Source: Octopus sinensis
Lineage: Eukaryota
Direction: 5' to 3'
Assembly: GCF_006345805.1 (NCBI RefSeq)
Contig: NC_043000.1
Coordinates: forward strand, 54,622,001 to 54,686,000
Length of the DNA: 64,000 nt
The position numbers and the translations under genes are program-made. The stretch's first letter is position 1, and every line of letters begins with the position of its first letter. Under the pieces are notes generated by a model, which made no database searches, was not told where the DNA came from, and saw only the letters and a program-made list of their open reading frames with translations. Below are positions 38,222 to 50,779 of the stretch, one piece after another.

Positions 38222-40392
38222 TGTGTGTATATATACATGTATATATCCATGAATATGTGTGTATGTGTGTGTATACTACGTTTGTATGTATGTATATAGG
38301 TAAGCATGTTTGCATAAAATCCTGTCTATATCGAGTGAACATTTTTGGTTAGTTTAATACTTGCAGATAACACGAATCATCCATTCATTAGTGTTATTTG
38401 GTCGCTGTTTTTAGAGACAGTTGCTGCTGCACGTTTCCACATCATCCATCTTTTCGTTTACGTAAATCTTTGCGTGATGTATGTGGCTCATTGTAAGAAA
38501 CTTGTAATCGACTATATGATTCTCACCGAGAGACCATTTTACAACAATAAGTCTATAGCTAACGGTTATAGCCAGATTATTGATGACATCAATATTATTT
38601 TTCCCGTTAAGTATACGATCTACGTGAACATTATTCCCAGATATTCTTGTGTATTTGTGGAAGATTGACACACACCTAAATATTTTTAGTTTTCTTCAGG
38701 GTCTAATTACTTGAATATATGTTTTTTTTGTTTTGTTTTTTCTTTCCTTTTTTGTGGGGGTGCAGAACCTTTGAAGAGCATGACTATAATACATTTATAA
38801 AGAACAAATTTCATTCCAATGTTATCACTAAATTGCTTTACTCGGACGTCCATCGCCTTTCGCAAAAACCTTAAATCATTCATCTAAAGGTGATCGGTTC
38901 ATCTATCATATATGTTCTTGACATATCACGTGTCATTTTACAGATTACTACCAGAGCCACGAAAAAGCGTATTAGTGATAGAAAATCAGCTTGAAAATGC
39001 CTCAGTTTACATCAATGCCATCATTGTTCACAATAGCTGCCTCTGAATTCTGTATTAGAGTTGTGTTCCACATCTTTATATTGTTCGACACGTGGCCGTC
39101 CCTTTAAGATTAAGAACTAGAAACTCAGTCCACATAATGGCGGCAGGCTTTTCTTCAAGGCCTTAATAGTTCAAGAGCCAGCCATCGACAGAGAAATTCA
39201 TGGTGACTATCTTTGTTTTATATGACAAGTTCCTCCCCTTTGATTTTCTGTAGCATGATTGTATAGCATGGTTTTGTCGTTGTGTGAATGGTACTCGGAG
39301 ATACTAAAAGAATACAGAGGAGTCGTTAGAAGAAGGAGACTGAACGAGAATCTGGAAATGATCCAATGGAATGATGCTGAAATACAAAGAAGAAAAAAAT
39401 ACTTCATAAATGCTAATCAAAATTTTGCAAAAAATACACAGATTATAGGAAATTTTTATATAAAAGGATATCTCACAAGTCCGACCTGTCACATTTTGAA
39501 CATTGAAAGTAGAACTTAGTTGTAAAAACTACAACAACAAAAAACGGATTTTCTCCGAACTAACCAGGCAAATTTGAAATCGTCTTAATATCAAGAAACA
39601 AAATGCTTTGCTCGACTTATTTGAACCCGGCAAAGGCTGAACAAGAACCTACTATAAATTATTTTTAGTACTGTATAATGCAAGGGTGTAGTAGCTTTTG
39701 TGCCTGGCGCTCATAATACAGTTTTCAATATGTTTATTTATCAATTTCTTTGTCAGTATGATGGAGAAGCAAATCCAGTTTGAAGTTTCAAAAAGAATCT
39801 TGTGTGCATTAAGATTAGGCAGTTGTTTTCTCGTGAGCTGCAGTTGCTTTCTCGTGAGCTGTTCCATTCCTTTCTAGAACTCTAAATCGGTGACTGGGTT
39901 TATATAATTCGTGAATTCAGCAATCATAACTTCCACACAATGAAATTTTTTACATGGTAATATCAATTATTACAATGGAAAATCAAATTGAATACCGCAG
40001 CATAATACATGTAAAATCAACAGAGGCTGACTCGTATCGTGAAAATATATTTATAAACTCTCTATAAATATTTGAGTGCAATGTATAAGATACGATACAA
40101 AACGGAACCATTAGCTGTCTGCTATTTAAAATACGTAATTCACAAGCACCGCTGCTGCATACAATTTCTAAACAAAAACTAATATATGTTTGTCTGACAT
40201 TTAAATATCAATCGTTTATATAAATCATAATACTCTGGAGATTACGGCAAAGTGAACGGTTTTGATAATCGATAGTCATATACATATGTGTTTGAGCGTG
40301 TGTGTTCGCGTGCCCTCGCGTATATGTCAATATGTGCATAAATACATACACATACACACACACACACATATATACATATATATACATATATG

Positions 40393-40444
<52 letters not shown>

Positions 40445-40597
40445 CTACATCTACATATATGAATATATATATATATACACGTACATATATATATATACGT
40501 ACGTATATGAATGTAAGAACACTTAAGAAATAAGTGATATACACACCCACTTATAACCCTCAACGAGTAGCGCTCTGATAGACCTTCAGGAATATAA

Positions 40598-40760
40598 AAT
40601 TAAGGAGAGAGAAAGGAAAGTATTACCAGACGCTCGGGGAAGGAAAGAAAGCAGGTTTTACGCTTCGAGCAAAGCTCTTCTTCAGAAACAGGAGACAGAA
40701 GAAAGTCCAACAGAAAAGGAAGGCGGAAGGAAACAAATTGCCAACGATTCACATGTGGTT
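40598..40760 (-). mobile_element. Family F1 copy; HHR at 40655-40689 with GAAA>GAAG
   Basis: Minus strand GUUU-CUGAAGA-A-GAGC UUU GCUC-GAAGCGUA-AAAC. Confidence 0.75.
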
Positions 40761-40771
40761 ACATTATTGAA

Positions 40772-40827
<56 letters not shown>

Positions 40828-41904
40828 GCGAAGCACGGAAGTAGACTCACTTGCACACTCACACATATACACACAGACACACAAACACACACATATAACT
40901 GTATTTATACATGTGCATGTGTGCCTGCGCATAAATATATAAGTAATAACTTCATCTACACGCATCAACTGAAATAAACTGCAGATTAATATATAAATTG
41001 GTACAATATATAAATAGATACAAGAAATGAAATATCAATTGTTAATAACTAAATATACTGGTGATGTAGTTGTAGTAGATGATTTGCAAACTTCTATATC
41101 ATCGTTCGATATCATATATACAATAGCTGCAGCATCTTTAAATCATCCCGCCATGACTCAGTTGTGACTGTATACATTAAAGACCAGACTACCTTCACTT
41201 AATTACACTTTCCCAGTATAAGTATGTATATATACATGTGTACGTGCACGTATATGCGTATTTATGTATATACATACATACTTGTATATATAAGAATGTG
41301 TGTGTGTTTCTCTGTGTGTGCGCGTACGTGTGTGCATACGCCCGCGCGCGCGTGTGCTTGTACAAGGCTGAAAGGTTTTCCTCGGATTCTGTGGCAAATA
41401 TATTCACCCTTGAAGGAGACGCCAATCCCTCGCTCGATTACTCATCTTTCTCAGCTGAATGACGGGAGCAGCCTGAAATCAAGCGTTTTGTTCAAGAATA
41501 CAACATATTGTTCGGGCCAGAAATCAAAACCGCAATAATGTCTGCAACCCACTAATCACAAGGCCATACCTAAATGAAAGTAGGTTGAAATTACGGAATG
41601 TAGCATATTGAATGCTAATTACTTCAGCAATTGAACTCATTGAATCAAGGCCTAATATCACTAGATGCTGCGCAGAAGGCAAGATAACAAGCTATCACCA
41701 GCCAGGATCAGTCAGTTTAGAGAGCGAACTGCGGCGTTCATGAGATATTTTGACCAATGAAAGAATAATGTGAGACTCTTGCGAAGAAGGATTGCATTGC
41801 TCCGGGGTAATCGCTTGAGCGAGTGATCATATCTCTCTCTCTATCTCTATCTATCTGTCTATCTATCGGAATCTTGGTGTTAAGAGCCCAAGTTCGATTC
41901 CAGA

Positions 41905-41990
41905 CCTGAATAATAATAATAATAATATATAATAATAATAATAAAATAATAATAATAAATAATAATAATAATAAAATAATAATAATAATC

Positions 41991-42067
<77 letters not shown>

Positions 42068-42090
42068 TAATAATAATAATAATGATGATG

Positions 42091-42123
<33 letters not shown>

Positions 42124-42145
42124 TAATAATAATAATAATAATAAC
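41905..42145. repeat. (AAT)n microsatellite
   Basis: Direct inspection. Confidence 0.95.
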
Positions 42146-42295
42146 TACAACACCGAAAATACCTTAGGAATGAGAACTCAGGTTCAAAATATCTCCAAGA
42201 CACCTGATGAAGGTGGAAGGGTATATCAGCCGAAATGTTGTGTTAACAACAAACAGTTAAGGACTAATATCCGGCAAATGTAAACAATAATTTAT
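42146..42295 (+). mobile_element. Family F3 element with minimal HHR at 42199-42244
   Basis: GACAC-CUGAUGA-A-GG(C)UG..CAGCC-GAAAUGUU/GUGUU; homologous to 52900-53045. Confidence 0.75.
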
Positions 42296-42586
42296 ATAGT
42301 TGCACTTTATATCATATATAGTGATTCTACTAACCATAAACAATCTACCACATTTGTGAATATGCGTGTCCATGATAGTAAAACTTTTGGCAGATGATGA
42401 ATTTTACAATATTTATTTTTATATTACTTTCTGATTTTGGCACAAGGCTAGCAATTCGGGGTGTGGGTGTTAACCGATTATATGGACCACAGTTCTCAAC
42501 TGCCACTTATTTTACTGATCATGACAGGGGGAAGAGGCAAGTTGACTGCAGCAGAATTTTAATCCAAAACGTATAGACGGACTAGA

Positions 42587-42954
42587 TACCTATTTCTTTA
42601 CTACCCACAAGGAGATAAGCACAGAGGAGACAAACAAGGACAGACAGACGGATTAAATCGATTATATCGACTCCAGTGTGTAATTGGTACTTAATTTATC
42701 GACTCCGAAAGTATGAAAGCCAAAGTCGACCTCGGCCGAATTTGAACTCAGTACGTAACGGCAGACGAAATACCTATTTCTTTACTACCCACAAGGGGGC
42801 CAAACATAGAGTAGACAAACAAGGACAGACAAACGGATTAAGTCGATTATATCGACTCCAGTGCGTAACTGGTATTTATTTAATCGACCCCGAAAGGATG
42901 AATGGCAAAGTGGACCTCGGCGGAATTTGAACTCAGAACGTAGCGGCAGACGAA
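42587..42954 (-). mobile_element. Two tandem ~185-bp CORE-type SINE units (further degraded copies to ~43640)
   Basis: TACCTATTTCTTTACTACCCACAAG..GGCAGACGAAA at 42587-42770 and 42771-42954; minus strand carries a B-box-like GTTCTGAGTTCAAATTCC. Confidence 0.75.
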
Positions 42955-45009
42955 ATTCCACTACGCATTTTACCTGGCGTGCTAACGATTCTGCAAGCTC
43001 GCTGCCTAATTGTCACAATAATATTGCTTTCAAATATTTGGCGCAAAGTTGGCAATTTTTGGATGGAGATACATCGATTACAGTAAACCGTGCCTTCTTT
43101 ATCTTTTACATCGACCCCAGTGTTCAACTGGTATTTATTTTATCGAGTCAAGAGATGAAATGCACGGTGGAAAGAGGACGAAATAATACTAAACTTTTTT
43201 TCCCAACGGGGAAATGATTTTTGACAGCTTGCCGCCTTATTGTTCCCACTAATATTGGTTTCAAATTTTGACACAAGGTCATAACTTTCTGGGGTGATGT
43301 AAGTCAATTATTTCAACCCCAGGGCTCTACTGGCACTTACTTTATCGAACCCGGAATGATGAAAAGCGAAGTCAACATTGGTGGAGTTTGAACTCAGAAT
43401 GTAAAGATGTACGAAATGCCGCTAAGCAGTTTGCCTGGTGTGATAACGATTGCACCGCCTTAGTTCTAACTAATATTAAACTGTTATGAACGGAAGCGAG
43501 CTGGCACAATAATTTGCACGTCCGGCAGAATGCTTAGCGGCACGGCGTCCACCTTTACGTTCTGCGTTCAAACAATTGGAGTCGATGGTCGATGTAATCG
43601 AGGTAACCCCTTCCACGAACTTGCCAAAATTTGAAACCAATATTACAGTGTTATATTCTATTCAAAAGTCCATCGTACATAAACAAATTTAAACAGTAAC
43701 TTTCCGCGAATTATTTCCATTCGCAATAAAGAAAATATATATTACTAGCTTTAATTTGACATTTGTTGCAAATCTGGGAATAGGTAAATGGAAAATAATA
43801 TATTTAACTGACAAATAGTTGAATTGGTTGCCTTACTGGCTGAAGATTTATGTAAAATAGTTTATCTACCTCAAAATTAAGGTTGTGATAGAAAGGAGTG
43901 CAAGAAAATCGTAATACGTTTACAGCTAATGTAAATCTTTTACAGACTCAAAGCCTGTAAAGCAGTAGTCTTTTAAAATTAATTTTCTCTTTATTCTTCC
44001 AGTATACTCTTTCTTCTTTATACCTCTTAGTTTTCATCAACCCGGTTCTTGCTGAATTTAGATATTTAACAGTGAAATATATACGATTATGTTTCTATTT
44101 GTTATCTTGCGTGGAAATATAAAATTCACGAAATCAAAAAAGCATATTTTTATTTCCCTATTATTACGTATACGACGATAATGGTGTATGGGCCTAGTTG
44201 TTGCATTCTCGATCAATGCGCTTTATCATACTTTGAGATCACTTCGACAATTGACGTTTGGCACGACGTGCACCTGCTCAGGCAAAGTCGATTTGGCGGA
44301 GGGAATGAGATAATGAGTACCCAGAACATTTGGTCACTGAATACAATTCTTCTGTGCAGGTTGCTCAGTAAGAAATTGCAGAACCATCTTTCCCCAATAC
44401 GAAAGACTAGCATTAGATATACAAATATCGAAGGAAAATTTGAATAAATTTTTTATATTAGTTTTACAAGCAAAATATTAACTAAATCGTAAGAACACTG
44501 CAGCAAATTCTTCGCAGTACTTTTTCTGAATATTTTCTACTCTGAGTAGAGATTAATTCCTTTCATTCCATCGGTATAGATACAACGAGATCGCTTATCT
44601 GAGGAGAACAATAGATTATATGGTTTCAGATTTTGTTTCGTTTCTTCGCCCTCTGAGTTAAAATCTCGCCACAGAATAGTAGGGTGTTAGGCGTTATTTG
44701 TCACCCAGTATAAAATCCCCACCCGATAATTAAAATCGCCACCTGATAATTAACGTGCAGTCTAGTAGTTTATAGGCGTTGCTTTCCTTCCCGTCTAAAA
44801 CAAAGAAAGAAAACCTCGCTTTTACTATACAGTAAAAATTGATTAGATGATAAACTGTGAGAGTGAAACGGTAGTATTTGGAACGAAATGCCTTACGGAT
44901 ATTGATTCCTTATTTGTACTCATACTCTCTCTCTCTCTGTCACACACACTCCCTCCCTCTCACTCTTTCTCTCCCTGTCTATCTATCTTGTTATACATAT
45001 ATATGAGGA

Positions 45010-45205
45010 GAGTTAACTATATATATTCGTTGGCGAATTTTCCTTCCGTCTTCCTTTTCTATTGGACTCTCCTGTTTCTGAAGAAGAGCTTTGCTCGAAA
45101 CGTAAAACCACCTTTCTTTCCTTCCCTGAGCGTCTGTTAATACTTTACATGTACCACGTCCTCGCGTTGTTGCTGTTTTGTGTTTTTTCTTCGTTTTTTT
45201 TGGTG
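45010..45205 (+). mobile_element. Family F1 copy
   Basis: Reverse complement of 7348-7545 and 40598-40760; ends at (TA)n. Confidence 0.8.
45074..45108 (+). ncRNA. Minimal type I HHR (intact)
   Basis: GUUU-CUGAAGA-A-GAGC UUU GCUC-GAAACGUA/AAAC; cleavage after A45104. Confidence 0.8.
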
Positions 45206-45215
45206 GGGGACTTAC

Positions 45216-45246
<31 letters not shown>

Positions 45247-45301
45247 TATATATGAAAAAACAAGTAAAAATAGAAAATGCTAAAATAATTTTATAGTGAA
45301 C

Positions 45302-45347
45302 ATTTCAGTACCGGTTTCGGTCATTTTGAGACCTTTTCAACTGTAAC
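45302..45347 (-). ncRNA. Type I HHR with U3:A8 core variant (left arm)
   Basis: GUUACAG-UUGAAAA-GGUC UCAAAAU GACC-GAAACCGGUA/CUGAAAU. Confidence 0.7.
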
Positions 45348-46291
45348 GATTAAATAATTAAATTAGAAAAATTAGAAGAAAAGTTTTTTTAAAAGAATAT
45401 TTCTATAGTAGTGTTCAGATTTAAGTGGCATTCTGCCTTTCTCTGACTCCCTTGTTTGCACTTGTGTGTTCGAGGTAGTTGTTGAGCTCTTGGTAGGGTA
45501 GTAGAGAGAAGGCTGGTGAGGAAAGGGGGGGGAGAATCTGGGAGTGCCCTGATGGTCGTATTTGAATGGTCAGTGGCGGCTGGCAGTCTCAGTTCAATTC
45601 AGGAGAATATTTATATTGACAGGCTTCTTTATAGAATTAGCGTAGGTGTTATACTAAAAAACATTAGTGACGAACTTAAGGGTAGGGGGTGGAGACGAAG
45701 AAGAAGAGAAGAAGAAGAAGAGAAGGAGAAGGAGAAGGAGAAGATGACGATGATGGTGATGGTGGTGATGATTATGACGACGATGATGATAACGATGATG
45801 ATGAAGAAGAAGAAGAAGAAGGAGGAGAAGGAGAAGATGGTGGTGATGATGGTGGCGATGATGATGATGCCGATGATGATGATAACGATGATGATGAAGA
45901 AGAAGAGAAGAAGAAGAGAAGAAAAAACAGAGAAGGGAGAATATGAATGTAAATATAGCTATGAAGGGGCTGATTAGTAATGGATTCTATTGAGTGTAGT
46001 ATTTGTGTGTGTATATATATTTTTCTTTTATTCTAAGGTTGAGGTATATTATTGTTTGTCGTAGACCCGTAAGAAGTGGCTTGTATTTTGTAATAAAGAG
46101 ATTTTCTTTACTTATTCGTTGTCTCGAGTTGTATCGTCCCTAAATTGGTAGAGGGGGAAAATCTGAAGTTTGGTGTTTTTTTGTTGGCGCAAGTATCTAT
46201 GTGTTGGCTAAAAGCTATTTTTCTGTTTTGGGGAATTTTTATCTGGGATCTGTGCAGGGCCATTCAAACAGGGACAACGTTTTACAGTGAA

Positions 46292-46600
46292 AAGCACTTC
46301 ACATGTGCTTCGGAGAACCTAATATACTCACTAACCTGCTCCGGTGTCAAGAGCAGTACATAGGCCAAACAAAAAATGGTTTGCGTAAACGAATGGCCCT
46401 GCACAGATCCCAGATAAAAATTCCCCAAAACAGAAAAATAGCTTTTAGCCAACACATAGATACTTGCGCCAACAAAAAACACCAAACTTCAGAATTTTCC
46501 CCCTCTACCAATTTAGGGACGATACAACCTCGAGACAACGAATAAGTAAAGAAAATCTCTTTATTACAAAATACAAGCCACTTCTTAACGGGTCTACGAC
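46292..46600 (+). pseudogene. PLE GIY-YIG endonuclease fragment (frameshifted)
   Basis: KHFTCASENLIYSLTCSG/CQEQYIGQTKNGLRKRMALHRSQI..FSQHIDTC..KENLFITKYKPLLN: the LIY..C..C..YIG and R...H motifs of PLE GIY-YIG. Confidence 0.88.
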
Positions 46601-47319
46601 AAACAATTAATATACCTCAACCTTAGAATAAAGAAAAAAATATATATACACACACAAATACTACACTCAATAGAATCCATTACTAATCAGCCCCTTCATA
46701 GCTATATTTACATTCATATTCTCCCTTCTCTGTTTTTTCTTCTTCTTCTTCTTCCTCTTCTTCTTCATCATCATCGTTATCATCATCATCGGCATCATCA
46801 TCATCGCCACCATCATCACCACCATCTTCTCCTTCTCCTCCTTCTTCTTCTTCTTCTTCTTCATCATCATCGTTATCATCATCATCGTCGTCATAATCAT
46901 CACCACCATCACCATCATCGTCATCTTCTCCTTCTCCTTCTCCTTCTTCTTCTTCTTCTTCTTCTTCTTCTTCTTCTCCACCCCCTACCCCTTAAGTTCG
47001 TCACTAAGTTTTTTAGTATAACACCTACGCTAATTCTATAAAGAAGCCTGTCAATATAAATATTCTCCTGAATTGAACTGAGACTGCCAGCCGCACTGAC
47101 CATTCAAAATACGACCATCAGGGCACTCCAGATTCTCCCACCCCCTTTCCTCACCAGCCTTCTCTCTACTACCCTACCAAGAGCTCACAACTACCTCGAA
47201 CACACAAGGCAAACAAGGAGTCAGAGAAAGGCAGAATGCCACTTAAATCTGAACACTACTATAGAAATATTCTTTTAAAAAAACTTTTCTCTAATTTTTC
47301 TAAATTTAATTATTTAATC

Positions 47320-47365
47320 GTTACAGTTGAAAAGGTCTCAAAATGACCGAAACCGGTACTGAAAT
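47320..47365 (+). ncRNA. Type I HHR with U3:A8 core variant (right arm)
   Basis: Same sequence as the left arm; palindromic stem III ACCGGU; cleavage after A47358. Confidence 0.7.
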
Positions 47366-47448
47366 GTTCACTATAAAATTATTTTAGCATTTTCTATTTT
47401 TTACTTGTTTTTTCATATATATCAACTCGTGTGTTCCTTTTCACCCTT

Positions 47449-47497
<49 letters not shown>

Positions 47498-47656
47498 AAT
47501 ACACACACACACACATATATATATATATATTAAATACAGAAGTATTATTGCCATTACTAATGGTATTAATATAATAATATAATAATGGTAATAATAAGGT
47601 AGTTAGAACATGAGGTAATGTAGTGAGCATTTCCGAAATAGATGTTAAAATGTTAT

Positions 47657-47718
47657 TTTCAACTGAAGATCGCAGAGAATGTTCGTCATGCAAAGCGTGA
47701 AATCAACTGATATTGAAA
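47657..47718 (+). ncRNA. Type I HHR related to the 14.5-15.7 kb family
   Basis: UUUCAA-CUGAAGA-UCGC..GCGU-GAA-AUCA AC UGAU-A/UUGAAA; the downstream flank AGCAAGTGGTATTAAATACCCTACTGAAT (~47840-47870) is the reverse complement of ~14620-14650. Confidence 0.7.
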
Positions 47719-47900
47719 TATCCATTACTTACTGATGTATCAATGCAAAGGTAAGCCCGTTTCTCATATGTTCATGGCATTGCTCGTGTGTATCTTTATC
47801 GTGATTTTATGGTGGTTATTAGAGCATTGGTTCTGATTTAGCAAGTGGTATTAAATACCCTACTGAATCTAAATATGTATATATATATATATATATATAT

Positions 47901-48067
47901 AAGTAAGGAAAATTTTTTTTAAAATGCAGAATGCTCAAATGAAAGAAAAATTTTAATAAAATGAGAAAATGATAAAATATATATTATATATTTTATCATT
48001 TTCTCATTTTATTAAAATTTTCTTTCATTTGAGCATTCTGCATTTAAAAAAAAATTTTTCCTTACTT
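47901..48067. repeat. Near-perfect ~167-bp AT-rich palindrome
   Basis: AAGTAAGGAAAATTTT..AAATATATTATATATTT..AAAATTTTTCCTTACTT, centred near 47984. Confidence 0.9.
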
Positions 48068-48279
48068 ATCATTTCTCCACGTGCGGTCAACACAACCCCA
48101 CCATTTATTGATCTATATATATATATATATATATATTTATACATACAAACATACATACATATGGTTGTTCTTTATGTTACTTCTGTTTACCATGTTTCTC
48201 TCGTTATTTGCGTATTCAAATTATTTGTTTTCGTATTTAATGTTGTTTACTGTTTGTGACGTCCTGTACCCATATAGGC

Positions 48280-48322
<43 letters not shown>

Positions 48323-48382
48323 TGTGTGTGTGAGAGTGTGTGTGTGTGTGTGTCTGAGTACGTATGTAGGTATACATATATA

Positions 48383-49458
48383 CAGGGGCTGGACAAAATA
48401 ATAGAAACAGCTAGCATCAGAGAATCCTAAGTTTGAAATATCTATAAAACCGCGAAGAGCTTGTTCATTTTTATGTTTTTTTATTCATTATTAGTGTTGC
48501 TTAATATATTTTGCTAAAATCGCTGTTTCTTTTCAAATATCAGTAGATAACGGTAATTAAAATTCATTAACATTGACAGATCTATCGAACTTTCAAAGAG
48601 GTCATATTTTTGATGCTCGTATGGCAAGCGAAAGAAAACTCCGGAAGAAAACTAAAACTTTCAGAGAGGGACCATCGGACTGTGATGCAAATGACCACCT
48701 CAGGAACACAGTTTTCCCAAAAACTGTTCGCCAGGAGCTGCACAAAGCCGGATTTCACGGAAGGGCTGCAATCAGAAAACCACTACTTTCAAAAACAAAC
48801 GTTACAAAGCTTTAAGAGTTGAGTAAAAGCCTACAAATTTGGTTCCTAGAACAGTGGACGATTGTTATTTTCTCAGCAGAGTCGTCCTTTACCACATTTC
48901 CGACAACCGGCCGAGTATACGCGTGGAGACTTCCAACTGTTAAACATGAAGGCGGATCTATGATGTGGGGGGCTATATCTTGGAAAGCCTCCCGCCCAAG
49001 ATTTTCCCTACATTGCAGAATTAATAGTCAAGACTATTCAAAATCTTATCTGATCAAATTCATCCTGTGGTTGCGGAACTGTTTCCGTGGGGAAACGCAA
49101 TCTTTCAGGATGATAATGCACCAATTTACACAGCTAAAGTTGTTACTGAATTGCACGAGGAACATTCTAGTGAAATTGAAAATCTTATCTGGCGACCACA
49201 GTCCCAAGATCTCAGTATTATTGAATATATATGGTGCATTTTAGAAATCAATGAGTCGAAATCCTCCTCCATCATCACTACAAGAAGTGGAGACTGTTTT
49301 AGCTGAAGAAAGGACAACATTTCTTTGGAAACAATTCAAACTTTGTAAGAGTCCACACCTGGCAAAATTCAAGTTGTAATTACTGACAAATGTGGTCTTA
49401 CCCCATATCATTTTTTTTTTTATTTTTAAGTTGTTTCCAGTAATTTGTCCAACCCCTA
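48383..49458 (+). mobile_element. Tc1-like DNA transposon, internally deleted, with TIRs and TA target duplication
   Basis: TA|CAGGGGCTGGACAAAATAATAGAAAC ... GTTTCCAGTAATTTGTCCAACCCCTA|TA; transposase relics MTDLSNFQRGHI, VIFSAESSF, DDNAPIYTA and PQSQDLSIIEYIW. Confidence 0.9.
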
Positions 49459-49497
49459 TATATATATATATATTTAAAAAAGGAGATGTGGAACACG

Positions 49498-50166
49498 AGT
49501 TGTCCTTCTTCAGACACGATGACGGAGATGTTATCCGCATACGCAGTATCTTCTGTTCCACACAACAGATCATGCAGCACGCCTTCTAACGCCTCCAATT
49601 TCCGCAGCAATGGCTCAAGTGCCAATACATACAAAAGCGGTGACAGGGGGCATATCTGGCGTATAGAGTGTTCAACCTTGAACGGTTTTGAAAAGAACGG
49701 TTTTGAAAAGAACGGTTAACTCGGACGATAGACTCAATGTCACTTTTCAAAGCAGCAATCCAAACGCCTCCCCGAGGATCGCCGCCAGGTACCGATGGTC
49801 GAACCTATCAAATGCTTTAGACTGGTCGAAATGCACCAGTGCTCCACCTTTGCCAAAATTTTCCCAACCCTTTCTCATGAGTAGCCTATAAGATGGAGAT
49901 TATCGTGAATTGACCTGCCCAGGATAGCGCAAGTTTGCGCCTCCCCAATAAGTCTGTCCACGACACGCGCCAACCTTCTTGCCAACACCTCGATCAAAAT
50001 ATTTACCTCTGTATTTATCAGGCCTATGGGCCGAAAATTACTTATGATATACACTTGTTCGGGTTCTTTCTGATCAACGTTACTCCTCCCGGCTCGCAGA
50101 TCTGGAATTCTCCCATTCTGCAGCCAGTTGGCGTAGATGCTGGCCATCACGTGCCCAAATTTGTCT
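49498..50166 (-). mobile_element. Inverted duplicate of the Tx1/L1-type RT segment
   Basis: Reverse complement of 50867-51534, near identical. Confidence 0.9.
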
Positions 50167-50352
50167 CAGATAAGAGAAAAAATCTATCAGAAAGGAACTC
50201 TATCTCTCTTAAAAAATATCTTTTGATATAAGCATAACAAATGCGCAACCGGTAAAAAGAACTTTCACCTAATTAAATACACTCTCTCTTACTTAAATTA
50301 TTTTGTCAGCATTTTCTTCATCATCCTTTCTTTATATATATCATATATATTA

Positions 50353-50387
<35 letters not shown>

Positions 50388-50779
50388 CATATATATGTGT
50401 GTGTGTATGTATGTATATATAGGCGCAGGAGTGACTGTGTGATAAGAAGCTTGCTTCCGGCATAGCATTTGTCAGTTGGATTGTTGGTTTTGCGACTAAT
50501 ACACGTTTTTTTTTCATTTTGCTGTGCGATGTTTGCTCTCTTGAGGGACGTTGGGTGAGGAGTTGGGAAGGTTTTAACGGAAAAACAAGAAAAAACAATT
50601 ATTCACAGAACGTACTCAGTAGCAGCCAAGAAAATAGTAGTCATACCGACGTTTCAAGTTGACAAGGCTCTGAAACCAATCTGGTAAGGCATTTCCTACT
50701 TTACCAGATGAAAAAAGTTTGAAACAGTGGAGGTACAGTTCCGGGAGGTAGCTACCGCCAGGCTGTACTCAGCAACACC

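Larger units (their letters stand above)
45254..47414. mobile_element. 5'-truncated Penelope-like element with ~1.0-kb inverted duplication (fold-back)
   Basis: Arms 45254-46265 and 46391-47414 are near-identical reverse complements; 125-bp unique spacer; flanked by (TA)n. Confidence 0.9.

Noticed and set aside
41640-41830. GC-richer block with a CCAAT box as a possible promoter
   Set aside because: A single short motif, with no TSS or downstream gene evidence.
44170-44420. Tc1-like peptide (SRFGGGNEIM)
   Set aside because: One short motif only; no TIRs or other catalytic motifs found.
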